Shown: positions 1 through 10,489 of the stretch, piece after piece
How positions within the stretch are numbered: position 1 is the first letter of the stretch
How the letters are laid out: the number at the start of each line of letters is the position of its first letter
NCBI RefSeq assembly: GCF_012295525.1
Contig: NZ_CP051167.1
Span: 5,621,299-5,685,298 of the forward strand
DNA from: Oxynema aestuarii AP17
GTDB lineage: Bacteria; Cyanobacteriota; Cyanobacteriia; Cyanobacteriales; Laspinemataceae
Reading direction: 5' to 3'
Length of the DNA stretch: 64,000 nt
Program-made: the position numbers and the translations under genes
The notes under the pieces: generated by a model
What the model was told of the DNA's origin: nothing
Databases searched by the model: none
What the model saw: only the letters and a program-made list of their open reading frames with translations

Positions 1-855
1 CACCCATGTTTTGTCTACTTTCCACCCTACCCAATTTGCAAGTTTAGTATCGGCATTGTAAGACAGAGCGTATTGTGGCTTTTCTAGTAACAAATTGTTG
101 ACAGAAGTGCTACTTTCCAGATTCCATCTAGCCTCTGTAGGATTGGCAATTGCGAGGAAATCACTCTTAAAGAAAACGTTATCTATGTAAACGAAATCCC
201 CACCCTGTAAAGAAAAACTTATTTTTGCAGGTTTCCCTCGAAACTCGGCTATTTCTGAATCAGAAAGATGTAACTTGAGTTGAAAAGTTTCAAAACCTTT
301 GCGGCCAAATCCTATTTGATTTTCAATTTCTGAGTAAATTTCTTTAACGATCGGAATTTCTCGGCTATTAGTTTCGTCAATTAAAAAGTCTGCATCTCGA
401 TCGAGAGCGATGGTAACATTTTTGCTTTGACCCTCTATTGTTTCAAGTTTAACATTGAGTTCTCCACTCTCAACAGGAGCAAAAACATCAAATCGTAAAT
501 TTCCCCAATCCGGAACCATGAACCAATCATGAGTAGCTTGAGTTGGGTTGCCTCCTCCCAGTTGCAAAGCATAATTTGGAAGACCAGTAGAACCGGGAAT
601 ACCTGCCACATCAATTAAAGCGCTTTGTTTCAAGGGGTTAGTAGGCGTATCAATGTACCAACTAGGAATATTTTGGCTGCTGTACTTATAAACAATGGCA
701 TCAAAATTTCCATTAAATAGAGTGGGAACGGCAAAATCCCCCCGCATTCCAGGTATAGGATTGTTTTCTTGTTCGACTGAAACTCGCTTAGTTTTTAAAT
801 ATTCTCCCCAGCCGTCATTGGGATAGCTGAATTCTTGAATTTCGTCTTTGCTCAA
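1..855 (-). CDS. Partial CDS whose 3' end lies beyond the window edge. It encodes a secreted-type protein whose visible C-terminal part begins a Serratia/NucA-type non-specific endonuclease (Endonuclease_NS) domain.
   Basis: The third frame is open from about 1020 down to base 1 with no stop (my translation). A strong SD AAGGAGG (860-866) precedes TTG at 855, directly after the TAA stop of the upstream gene at 872-874. The tail ...PQYALSYNADTKLANWVGWKVDKTWV resembles the start of the Serratia nuclease domain (…YTLNNNSTTKFANWVAYHITKD…). The ORF track does not list it because it runs off the window. Confidence 0.5.
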   Translation of the reverse strand, partial: MSKDEIQEFSYPNDGWGEYLKTKRVSVEQENNPIPGMRGDFAVPTLFNGNFDAIVYKYSSQNIPSWYIDTPTNPLKQSALIDVAGIPGSTGLPNYALQLGGGNPTQATHDWFMVPDWGNLRFDVFAPVESGELNVKLETIEGQSKNVTIALDRDADFLIDETNSREIPIVKEIYSEIENQIGFGRKGFETFQLKLHLSDSEIAEFRGKPAKISFSLQGGDFVYIDNVFFKSDFLAIANPTEARWNLESSTSVNNLLLEKPQYALSYNADTKLANWVGWKVDKTWV

Positions 856-1237
856 CTTACCTCCTTCATAATTATATGGACGTAATTGATTGCCCCCACC
901 CAAAACTGAGTGGAACCAACCCGTACCAATCCCCTCCCAAGGAAGCCATCTCTTCACCGTGGCTAAAGTTAGCATTAGTGTGGTCTGGGGTGTACCAGGG
1001 TCGTTCGGAGGAGGACAAATCCCCTAAGCGACGATAAATCGTTTGCCCATTTTCTGAAGGAATTTGACTCAGATTGAGGTCTGCCGTTCCCGCATACCAC
1101 GCTGCTGCTGCTTGATGAGGACCACCTGTGTCTAGATTTTGGTCGAAGTTCGCCCAGGAACCCAAGTTCACATTCCAATCCGCTGTAGACAGTTCTTTGC
1201 CGTTGAGGGTATTATCCGTCCCTTTGTTCTGATAGTA

Positions 1238-2359
1238 TAGCAGTCCTAAATGATTCATGGAAGCTTTTTTTGTTATAATATACACGGAAGATTCTCAATA
1301 TCAGACAGACCTCATGAATATCATAGACGAGCTAGATAATTTCATTGAAAATACCACAAATACCAAAGAAATGAAGAGAGCATTGGCAGCCAAAATGAAA
1401 TTATCTGGTCAACCCTCTAAGAAAATTGAAGAAATATTAAATGTTTCTTCGAGCTTCGTTAGTCAATGGAAAAATAAAGCAATTTTTGAGGGTGTTGAGA
1501 GTTTGAATCTTCAATACAAAGGAAGTAAAGGCTATCTAAAACCGGAAGAAAAAACACAAATCACTTCATGGATAAGACAACAAGAGTATTTGAGATTGTC
1601 TGACTTAAAACGATATTTGCAGCAAGAATACAACGTGATTTATTCTTCAAATCAAAGTTATTATGACTTGCTGAAAGCGGCTGGCATGAGCTGGAAAAAG
1701 TCGCAAAAAAAGAATCCAGCCAAAGATGAAAAGCTAGTCAAAAAAAAAGAAGAAGAAATTCAAAAGAAGCTTAAGGACTGGGAAGAGGATATCAAAGCTG
1801 GAAAGCTTGCTGTGTTTATGATTGATGAATGTCATCTTCTTTGGGGAGACGTCTTGGGTTTTGTTTGGGGAAGAAAAGATATAAGAGTCGAAATTCCCAT
1901 TAAAAACCAAAAAAGTCGCCAAAGTTATTATGGCGCTTTAGATTACCAAACTCATGAATTTATTCTTCAAGAATACCCGAAAGCCGATACCGACAATACC
2001 ATTCAGTTTATACAATACTTACGAGAACAAAGACCGGGACAAAAATTAGCCATTTTTTGGGATGGTGCCAGGTATCACGACTCTCAACAATTTCGAGATT
2101 TTTTAAAAGAGCTAAATGAAGGCTTAGAAGAAGATGAATGGTTGATTACTTGTACGAAGTTTGCTCCGAATGCTCCCGAGCAAAATCCAGTTGAAGATAT
2201 TTGGCTGCAAACTAAAAATTTCTTGAGAACATTTTATTTTTTATGTGATTCATTTAAAAGAGTTAAAGAGCTATTCAAGATATTTGCTGATGGCCAAGTT
2301 TTTGATTTCCCTAAGCTATATTCTTATGGATTTTTGCCACAAATGACTTAGGATTGCTA
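1238..2359 (+). mobile_element. IS630/Tc1-mariner-family insertion sequence, copy 1 (1122 bp). Its termini are TAGCAGTCCTAAATGATTCAT … ATGACTTAGGATTGCTA, and it is flanked by a TA target duplication (1236-1237 and 2360-2361).
   Basis: It has imperfect terminal inverted repeats. The three copies in the window are 100 % identical. It is AT-rich compared with the flanking DNA. Confidence 0.85.
1257..2351 (+). CDS. IS630-family DDE transposase (364 aa) with an N-terminal HTH. The candidate catalytic residues are D(FMIDECH), D(FWDGARYHD) and E(NPVEDIW).
   Basis: The identical ORF is present three times. It has the Tc1/IS630-like DDE pattern, and TA target duplications flank each element. Confidence 0.8.
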   Translation: MEAFFVIIYTEDSQYQTDLMNIIDELDNFIENTTNTKEMKRALAAKMKLSGQPSKKIEEILNVSSSFVSQWKNKAIFEGVESLNLQYKGSKGYLKPEEKTQITSWIRQQEYLRLSDLKRYLQQEYNVIYSSNQSYYDLLKAAGMSWKKSQKKNPAKDEKLVKKKEEEIQKKLKDWEEDIKAGKLAVFMIDECHLLWGDVLGFVWGRKDIRVEIPIKNQKSRQSYYGALDYQTHEFILQEYPKADTDNTIQFIQYLREQRPGQKLAIFWDGARYHDSQQFRDFLKELNEGLEEDEWLITCTKFAPNAPEQNPVEDIWLQTKNFLRTFYFLCDSFKRVKELFKIFADGQVFDFPKLYSYGFLPQMT

Positions 2360-5054
2360 TAGTTATCCGCATAAGTCACATTGTCCCACACTACCACTTC
2401 CGGATCGAGGACAGTGCTGAAAACGGGTTCTGGAAAAGTCGGGTCGTAATCATACGGATCGATTGTAGTCATTTGGAGGTCGCGATTAGAAGCGTTGGTT
2501 CCCCCAGCATTCGGAAAATACGTCCCCAACCGCTGAATCATTTCCGTATTGACAACCGCACCTTGACCCAATCCAATAAAATGCAATGGCGAGTTAAAAA
2601 TATCTCCTTGGGTACGGATAAGATTGCCATTAGCATCATAAAGACCAGACCCCTCTCCAACTTTACCACCATATTGTTGGTCGAGTTTCACCAAGGAAGC
2701 AAACATTGAATCAGCCGCAGCTTCTGCAAAACCTCCGTTATAGAAACTGCTGGCATCGAGACCCTGCATCCAATCGGCTAACAATACCAGTGGTTTTTCT
2801 TCTATAGGTGTTGTGTTAGTCGCTACCCAACTATTCCCGTTTAAGGTGACAGATTGCCATCCCCCAGTGGAGGGATTGTATTTCATCACCGAACCGCCTG
2901 CTTCTTGAATTTTACTGGCAAGAGCATTAATTTGACTGTTAAGCAAGCGGTTATGTTCTTCATCATTCTGTGGTTCTACACCGCGAGTCAATACCGTCAC
3001 ACTCGTAAACGGACTGGATGAAGGACTTGGCGGTAAGGGAGTTTTAAACTGACTATCCTCAACAACCGGCGTCGGTGAGCCATTAATCACCGCTTCAACC
3101 GCCCAATAATACTCTTGGCCCGCCGTCAACATCCGGTCATCAGGCAGTGTAAATTGGTCTTTAGCACCCGCTTGAGAACCCCCATTCCAAGTCCACACCC
3201 CCTCTTTCCAAGTCGCCGTCAAAATGCGATTCGGATTGTAATCCCTTCCTGGAGTGGGTGAGTCTAATTCCGGCCAAATATCCCTTGGTAACAACCCCTC
3301 CCCTTCAGGAAACACACTTACATAAAGCCTCACCTCTTTTACATCATCCTCGTCAACAGGAGTTGCACAAACATCCGTCTCATCACCCTCCCCATTAAAA
3401 TTCCACTTAAACGTCGGCGTCAAAGTCTCCTCATCAAACACCCCAATCGGATTTTGCAGATTGACAATCGGTCGAGAAGACGCCGTTGCCACACTAAACG
3501 GACTTCCTCCCCCCAAAGAAATCGGCCCGGTGTGAGAATTATTAGGAACTCCATAAGGAATCTTCCTCGTAAAAGAATCGATCGCATTCCCAATATCCTT
3601 AAAATCAGCCGCCAGACTAATAGACGGATTGATATCATCAATCGGCTTCTCCTCAAACACCTCCAGTGGCGTACTATTAACCGTCTGGAGCATCTCCTTC
3701 ACATTAAAAACAAAGGTACTATCAATCCCCGGATAACTCGCCGTCAAATACTTATTATCGCTCGAAAGCGACACCCCATTCGTAAATCCATTGGGAATCG
3801 GTCGCGTCGCCGCCACCAAAGTCGGATTGGGTCCCAAAGCATCCTTAATAATCCCAATATTGCCACCGGCTTTCGAGCCATCCACACTCTCGATTCCACT
3901 GCCAATCATTCGACCATTACGACCTGCAACAAAAGCATAATCCGTGCCACTTTCCTCATCATACATCACCGCCACAGACACCGCTTCATTGACATCAAAA
4001 TAATCGGTCAAACCGCCTAAAGTTAACTGAGCGTAATGAGTAACCGCCTCAAAACTTAGCGGGTCATTATTGAGAATAGTCAGCACACCATACCCTTTTG
4101 GCTCCTCACCCCGGCTAGTAAACACCATCTTCGTAGGGTCGTAAGTAGCCGCCAGTCCTTCCACTCCATAACCCCCTTCAACCCGACCAATTTGTTGATG
4201 CCATTTGCGAGTATTTTGATTGGGGTCAGCCGGATTGTCAGGCCGATCGCGAGGGTCAATATTAAACACTAAAATTTGTCCCCGTCCCGTATCAGACCCC
4301 CCTGGAGTTGTAGCGAACAACCGCGTCCCATCACTGCTCATCGCCAGTTGACGCAAACCCAGACTCGCATTCTCGACTTCAATCGTACCAATGTACTGAT
4401 TGTAAAAATCCGAACTGGGATTGATATCAATAACGTAAATCGCCCCAGTTTTCCAATCCGCCACATAAGCGTATTCATCCCGACTGTCGATCGCAATTGC
4501 ACTGGGAATCGCATGAGAAGGCAAATCAATCCCATTGATTCCTTCCACATTAGGTTGAGCATCCAACTGTTTGAAAGCCGTCAAATCAACGAGAGCCACC
4601 TGTGCCGACTTATTCAGAGTCACATAAGCGCGAGAAGCATTGCTAGTTGCAGCGATAGCTCTCGGTCCATCTTCTCTGTTTGGCGACCCCACAGGAATAT
4701 CCGCTAACAGTAAATCTTTACTATCCGTCTGCGCGATAACTTGTTCCGGATTGAGCGTGTTGACCAGACTAATCGTATCACTTGTCTGACGCGGCACCAT
4801 CGCCATTTCCACACAACCATCAATCGGTATTTTGACCCGTTCCGTTTCCGTTTCCGTTTGAGTATCTATCACTGAATGAGTCGTTCTTTTCAGAGAAACC
4901 TCCGCTTCAGCCAGCGGAACAAAATCCGTCGTTACCGCAATTCGTTCTTGCTCTGGCTGGCTCAAAGGCGCAAGTATAGTACCCGGATAGACTTTACCTC
5001 CCAGGTGGAAATTTACCTCCAAATCATCGAGATTCGTTCCGAAATTACGACCTT

Positions 5055-8000
5055 CTAAATACAACACTCGTCCTTGTTGTTCGTCATACTGAAGTTGGAG
5101 CCGTTCCAGAACGGGTTGAGTATCGGGTACGGGTTGAGTTGGCACATCAAGCACAAGTTCAAGCTCACATTCAGTTCCGTCGTATATGGCAGTCCTACAG
5201 TGGGAATAGTCAATGTAGTCACACTTCTTTCCGACGCATCAAGCAAAACCGGAACTGAAGCCAAAGCCAATGCTCCCGCACCTATTAAACCACCGGGGAC
5301 AAAGTAATCTGGACGGGAATAAGTCAAAGGTGATAGTTTCGGATAGGCTAGTGCTATTCCCCCTACGGCAATCAACCCCAAACCGACGCCAGCACTAAAT
5401 CCGGCCAACCTTAAATGCGCTACAGAATAATCAAATTTGGGAATGGCAATGCTATATTCCCCCGATTCATAAGCACCCCGCCACGGAGGAGAAGTCGTAT
5501 AAATCATCCCATCATCGCCGACAATTCCCGATTCCACCATCGTCCAGATCGGGTGCATCGTCTCACTTCCGACCCATTTATCTCCTTGTTGGAGTGCTGG
5601 GAGTTCCCCTTTGCGAAGGAAAAACACTTCCGTGCCAGGTTCCACCCCAGCAGGTGCCGGAATTGCGAATTGCAACGGGAATTCTAACGGTTGTTCACCA
5701 ATATCTAAGTTAAAGGAGCCAGCGAAGGAGAATTTCTCTGGAATCTCCAAGGAAAGGTTCGATTCCTCAATTTGTCCAATACTGACTGGGGTTTCCTCTG
5801 TTAATGCTCCAGGCGGAACCATCACCATCGCGCCATCATCGGAACGTACTGCACCCCCATTCACTCCAATTGATGCTGTACCGGAAATGGGTTCAACCAC
5901 CCGCACTTCAATCGTTTCCTCTGCTGCACCATGAACCACTGTCACCGTCGCATATCCGGATGACAATGCTGTTATCTTTCCATCTTCAGAAATTCGTACC
6001 ACATTCTCATCGCTGACGTAATAGCGAGTTCCGCTTGCTGCAGCGCTCAAATCGGGAGAATCGCTGAGGGAATTTAACCGTAATTGTAATTGGCGTTTAG
6101 CTCCCGGAACTAAAGTGATAGCATCCGGATAGGGGTCAATTCCTTCAAATTCTGCCAGTGCGACATTAAACTCCGCATCGTTAGTTGGTGTGGGAGTCGC
6201 TCCAATACGAATTGCCGTTACTGCTTCTTCATCCCTGTAAGAGACTCGCACTACGGCGACGCCTTCAGCATTTTTAGCTGTTATCGTTCCATCGCTTTCA
6301 ACGGTTACTAAATCGGGATTGTCAGTGCTGTAGGTTAGTTCGCTGGCGGGGATAACCACCCCTTTGCGATCGGCAAAATTGGCAGTGACGACTAAATTTG
6401 TCGTGCCATCCGATCGCAACTGCACATCGCGCTCCACCACGTCTAAACTCAATAATGGTGCATCGCTAACTTTTACAGTTATGGTCTCATTTACCGACCG
6501 AACGCCGCCATCGTTGGCAACTAAATCGAAACTGGCCGTTCCGACAAAATCCGGAGCCGGTTGGAAAGAAAGAGTTGTGCCATCAGCGAGCAATTCTGCG
6601 GTTCCATTGAGTGCATTGCTGATGTGGTAGGTCACTCGATCGCCATCGGGGTCGGTGACTAACGAGGATAAGTCAATGGTGGCGGGTAAATTAGCACTCA
6701 CCAGAACTGAATCGTTGATGAGAATGGGTGCTTGGTTGGTCAATAAATCCGTGCCATCTTGGAGCAATAATTGCAAGCGACCGTTTTCGTCATAGAAGGC
6801 ATTCGCTCCACTGCGTCCTAATGGATCGAGTACCGAAGTTAAGTAATGGTCGAATGATTGATGGTAATCGAAATGGGTGGTGACGTTATCGCGATCGGTG
6901 ACAGCGACCAAATCACCTTTTTCGTCATATTGATAGCGAATGACTTGGTTATTGAAATCGGTGACGGTATTGATGCGACCTTTAGCATCGCGACCCAATG
7001 CGATCGCTTCTCCGGTGGAACTGAATATTCCAGCGTCAGAGAAGGTTAAGGAATAACCATCGGCGTCAGTAACTTTAAGTAAATCTCCACTTTTTGCATC
7101 AATTTCGGCGACAACTCCTTCTGGAGTGGTCAGGGTGTACTGACCGCCAAATCGTGAATTCTCTGGGTTATAAGGAACGCCTGCTAGGTCATAATAGTTA
7201 CCATCTGGACCTAATATTAGGCGGGTGTCTGGTACGGAAAGGGTCATTCCCGAACCGTTATCAGCAACGAAGGTGGGATGATACCAACGTGCAGCTCCAT
7301 CACCGTACAAACTGAGGAAAGAATTCAGGCGATCGCCGGTGGGTTCAAAGCGGAAGTCGATTCGTTCTCCATCGGGAAGGGTAACGTAAACGCGAGTGTC
7401 GTCAGTGAAGGCATTTTGAATGTCGAGTAATTCTTGCTCGAAACTGGGGGGAGGCACATTGGTTCGCAAGTCGGTATCGACTAATTCCATGCGCCATCCG
7501 TATCCAAAATCATCGGAATCTTCGGCGTTTAAGCTGTCATAAGTCCGAGTCAAAATGATGGGGAAACCTGTAATGGGAATTTCTACTAGATCGTTGAAAG
7601 AAAGGTTGAGGTTGCCTTGTTTTTCTCCACCCACTTCTATCCGCTCTTCTATTGTGGAACCATTGCCTCCTTTATCGTAAGCAGACAAGCGCAATACATA
7701 ACTATCGTTCTGCAAAATTGACGGATCGAAGGTTCCCAACACTCCATCCACAACCGATTCTGTTCCTCGGAAAATTTCTCGGAACTCGCTACTGCCTCCG
7801 GCTGCTACTTCTAGGGTATAATAATCCAAATTTTCATCTTCAACTGTCCCTACAATTTCCAGGGATGCAGTCACTGTTTCATCAAACAGACCCTCTGCTA
7901 ATGCTACCACTGGAGAATCGGGGTCTGAACTATCGATTGCGGTAATTTCTAAGGTGGATTCTGTGACGTTAAAAGCCGCATCATAAGCAACTGCTCGAAC

Positions 8001-10382
8001 CTTAATGTTACCAAATTCCTCTATTTTAATTTTAGCCGTCCCCAACCCGGATAGTTCTACGGGTTCATCATTAATAAAGAGTTGCATTCCGGTAATGCCG
8101 ACATTATCAGTTGCTTGAAGGAAGAAGGTGATTTCCGAGCCGATATCGGCACGATAATCATCATCGACAAGGTACACATTACTCGGCAAGAGTTGAATTT
8201 GGGGTGCTACATTATCTGCTGTAACTGTTAGATTGAAAGTTTGAGTGGCGGTAGTTCCCAACTCATCGATCGCTTCAATAGTTATCGCATGAGTTCCGAC
8301 ATTTTCAACCGTAGGAATCCAACGCAACCGTCCCAACTCATCTACACTCATTCCCAAAGCAATGGAAGCATCATCTAAGCGATAGGTTAAACTGCTACCA
8401 TTCGGGTCGGTTGCTTGAATGTCGTAACTGAACAGGCGATTTGGAATTGCGACAGTAGGCGGTTCATTCGTATTAAAAACGGGAGGTAAATCATTTTGAA
8501 CCGTTAAAGTAAATCCTTGTGCTGCACCCAAACGACCATCATTCACTCCCACCACAACTTGATGAGTGCCAAAAGTAGGAGAATCCCAACGCAGTTCGCC
8601 AGTATTGACATCCAAAGTCATCCCATTGGGAACCGAGATGGGTTGATAAATTAAACCATCATTATCTGCATCAGTTGCTTCAATTTGATAGCGGTAAGGT
8701 ACGCCAGTGGCGGCGAAATATTTGGCGGTGGAGGTAATGACGGGTGGATGGTTAATGGCATCTGACCCGACTTCTATGGTGTAGGTTTGTCGGTTCACTC
8801 CATTTTGGCCGTCAATAACTAACACTTCCACTTCTACCGAACCCGACTGTTGTGCGGTTGGCGTCCAAGTAATCAATCCAGTTTCCGGGTCGATTTGCAT
8901 CCCATCGGGTGCAATTCCCAAACTGTAGCGTCCTCCATCATTTTCGAGGTCAGTGGAAGCGATTTGATAGCGATAATCAGTTCCGACAGCGGCGGCGGTG
9001 ATGGGGACAGAAACAATTTCTGGGGGAGTGTTGATTCCTCGAACTGTGAGGTCAAATTCTTGACCCACAAAATGTCCGGTTGCATCAGTGACGCGAATGG
9101 CAATCGTATGTTCGCCGATTTGGGTGGCGTTGGGTTGCCAAGATAGCATTCCGGAGTTGGGGTCAATAACCATTCCAGAAGGTGCTTTATCTAAAGTCCA
9201 TAACAGCAAATCGCCATCGGGGTCGAATCCAACAAGTTGATATTGATAAACCCGTTCTAAGTTGGTAATTAGATTTGGGGTGGAGGTGATGCTAGGTGCG
9301 CGATTGACAGTTTGATTCGATACATTTAACGTCCAGGATAAAGTGGTAGTATCTTCGCCGTCGTTAACTTCTAGAGAGATAGGATGGGAACCGAATTGAG
9401 AGGGAGTTGGCGTCCAAATGATGCGACCCTGAGAATCCAATTCCATTCCGGCGGGGGATTGAAGGAAGTTGAAGGTTAGGGGGTCGCCATCAGAATCCGT
9501 CAGCGGTAACTGATATAAATAAGTGGAACCGATGCGAACCGAACTGCGGGGGGTGGCGGTAATTTCTGGGGGGGTATTCGGACGCGGTTCGACTACAGTG
9601 GCGGTAATCGTTTGAGATGCTTCTCCACCGAGACTATCAATTGCTTTAACGGTGAATTGAAACTCGCCGGTTTGGGAGGGAGTCCAACGCAGAATGCCAG
9701 TGTCGGGATTGAGGGTAGCGCCAGTTGGGGGATTGACTAACTCGTAACGAATCTCAGCATCGCCATCCGCATCGAGTGCATTGAGACGATATTCAAATAG
9801 TTTACCGCGTTGAGGTTGAATGAATGTGGGTGAAGAGTTGGTAAATGCGGGGAGATTGTTGACAGGTGTCAACTTGACTTGGAACGATTGTAAATCGACT
9901 CCACCTAAATTATCTTGCACTCGCACTAAAACATTATAAACCCCCGAAGCAAGGTAAATACTGTTTGATTCACTCCGTTGGATTACAGTAGGTTTCCAAA
10001 CAATAACTCCAGTTTCGGAATCGATTGTCATTCCCTCTGGTTTTAACGGTAAATCATAAACTAAATTATCAGCATTGGGATCCTTTGCTATAGCGTTATA
10101 CCGAAAGAAACTTGACTCAAAAATCTCAGTGGGCGGAGTGCTGGTGAAACTAGGAGGTAGGTTAGAAGGGGGGTTCTCACGTTCGCCATTGCCAAAGTTG
10201 ATATTTTCTACAACTTGACCCGATTCTAATTTAACTGTATGAGCACGCTCTAATCCAAGAATCTGAGTGACTTTAATGTTATCAATTACCGCTCCATAAC
10301 TATCTCCTACTGTAGAATAAAACTCAATTGTTGTATTGTTACTGTTAGCAGTAAACTGCCAAGTTTGGGGTTGATACTGCAT
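5055..10382 (-). CDS. Giant cell-surface protein fragment (1775 aa). The N-terminal 40 aa are the 3' part of a DUF642 domain. This is followed by about 8-10 cadherin-like/He_PIG Ig repeats, a Big_2 domain, and a Gly/Ala-rich hydrophobic C-terminal region. It is the downstream half of a gene split by the MITE and IS copy 2.
   Basis: The repeats follow the pattern PP.I.S.P…Y.Y.…A.D.D.D.L.Y.L…P.GM.ID..TG.I.W.P. The N-terminus …QTWQFTANSNNTTIEFYSTVGDSYGAVIDNIKV is the conserved C-terminal end of DUF642. Confidence 0.7.
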   Translation of the reverse strand: MQYQPQTWQFTANSNNTTIEFYSTVGDSYGAVIDNIKVTQILGLERAHTVKLESGQVVENINFGNGERENPPSNLPPSFTSTPPTEIFESSFFRYNAIAKDPNADNLVYDLPLKPEGMTIDSETGVIVWKPTVIQRSESNSIYLASGVYNVLVRVQDNLGGVDLQSFQVKLTPVNNLPAFTNSSPTFIQPQRGKLFEYRLNALDADGDAEIRYELVNPPTGATLNPDTGILRWTPSQTGEFQFTVKAIDSLGGEASQTITATVVEPRPNTPPEITATPRSSVRIGSTYLYQLPLTDSDGDPLTFNFLQSPAGMELDSQGRIIWTPTPSQFGSHPISLEVNDGEDTTTLSWTLNVSNQTVNRAPSITSTPNLITNLERVYQYQLVGFDPDGDLLLWTLDKAPSGMVIDPNSGMLSWQPNATQIGEHTIAIRVTDATGHFVGQEFDLTVRGINTPPEIVSVPITAAAVGTDYRYQIASTDLENDGGRYSLGIAPDGMQIDPETGLITWTPTAQQSGSVEVEVLVIDGQNGVNRQTYTIEVGSDAINHPPVITSTAKYFAATGVPYRYQIEATDADNDGLIYQPISVPNGMTLDVNTGELRWDSPTFGTHQVVVGVNDGRLGAAQGFTLTVQNDLPPVFNTNEPPTVAIPNRLFSYDIQATDPNGSSLTYRLDDASIALGMSVDELGRLRWIPTVENVGTHAITIEAIDELGTTATQTFNLTVTADNVAPQIQLLPSNVYLVDDDYRADIGSEITFFLQATDNVGITGMQLFINDEPVELSGLGTAKIKIEEFGNIKVRAVAYDAAFNVTESTLEITAIDSSDPDSPVVALAEGLFDETVTASLEIVGTVEDENLDYYTLEVAAGGSSEFREIFRGTESVVDGVLGTFDPSILQNDSYVLRLSAYDKGGNGSTIEERIEVGGEKQGNLNLSFNDLVEIPITGFPIILTRTYDSLNAEDSDDFGYGWRMELVDTDLRTNVPPPSFEQELLDIQNAFTDDTRVYVTLPDGERIDFRFEPTGDRLNSFLSLYGDGAARWYHPTFVADNGSGMTLSVPDTRLILGPDGNYYDLAGVPYNPENSRFGGQYTLTTPEGVVAEIDAKSGDLLKVTDADGYSLTFSDAGIFSSTGEAIALGRDAKGRINTVTDFNNQVIRYQYDEKGDLVAVTDRDNVTTHFDYHQSFDHYLTSVLDPLGRSGANAFYDENGRLQLLLQDGTDLLTNQAPILINDSVLVSANLPATIDLSSLVTDPDGDRVTYHISNALNGTAELLADGTTLSFQPAPDFVGTASFDLVANDGGVRSVNETITVKVSDAPLLSLDVVERDVQLRSDGTTNLVVTANFADRKGVVIPASELTYSTDNPDLVTVESDGTITAKNAEGVAVVRVSYRDEEAVTAIRIGATPTPTNDAEFNVALAEFEGIDPYPDAITLVPGAKRQLQLRLNSLSDSPDLSAAASGTRYYVSDENVVRISEDGKITALSSGYATVTVVHGAAEETIEVRVVEPISGTASIGVNGGAVRSDDGAMVMVPPGALTEETPVSIGQIEESNLSLEIPEKFSFAGSFNLDIGEQPLEFPLQFAIPAPAGVEPGTEVFFLRKGELPALQQGDKWVGSETMHPIWTMVESGIVGDDGMIYTTSPPWRGAYESGEYSIAIPKFDYSVAHLRLAGFSAGVGLGLIAVGGIALAYPKLSPLTYSRPDYFVPGGLIGAGALALASVPVLLDASERSVTTLTIPTVGLPYTTELNVSLNLCLMCQLNPYPILNPFWNGSNFSMTNNKDECCI

Positions 10383-10386
10383 ATTA

Positions 10387-10487
10387 TAGCATTCCTAAAT
10401 CAGTCGAGTCAGGGCGATCCACCTGAAACCCCTGGGAGTGGGAGCATCTTGCTCCCTACATAGGTTACAAATCATTTAGGATTGCTA
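10387..10487. mobile_element. 101-bp MITE derived from the IS630-family element. It has the same termini (TAGCATTCCTAAAT…ATTTAGGATTGCTA) and is flanked by TA. It shares the TA at 10488-10489 with IS copy 2.
   Basis: Its ends match the IS terminal repeats at 12-13 of 15 positions. The internal about 70 bp are unrelated to the IS interior. A third TA lies at 10385-10386. Confidence 0.7.
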
Positions 10488-10489
10488 TA

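Larger units (their letters stand above)
872..5154 (-). pseudogene. Large surface/secreted repeat protein interrupted by IS630-family copy 1. It has an IPT/TIG-like N-terminus and beta-propeller-like repeats (..YAYVADWKTGAIYVIDINPS..). The fragments 2362..5154 and 872..1237 rejoin in frame (…VTYADN-Y-YQNKGTDN…) when 1238..2361 is removed.
   Basis: ORF 2311..5154 reads into the IS right end (…YSNPKSFVAKIHKNIA*). ORF 872..1285 starts inside the IS left end. Codon phase is 872+3k on both sides of the insertion, by my calculation. Confidence 0.6.
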
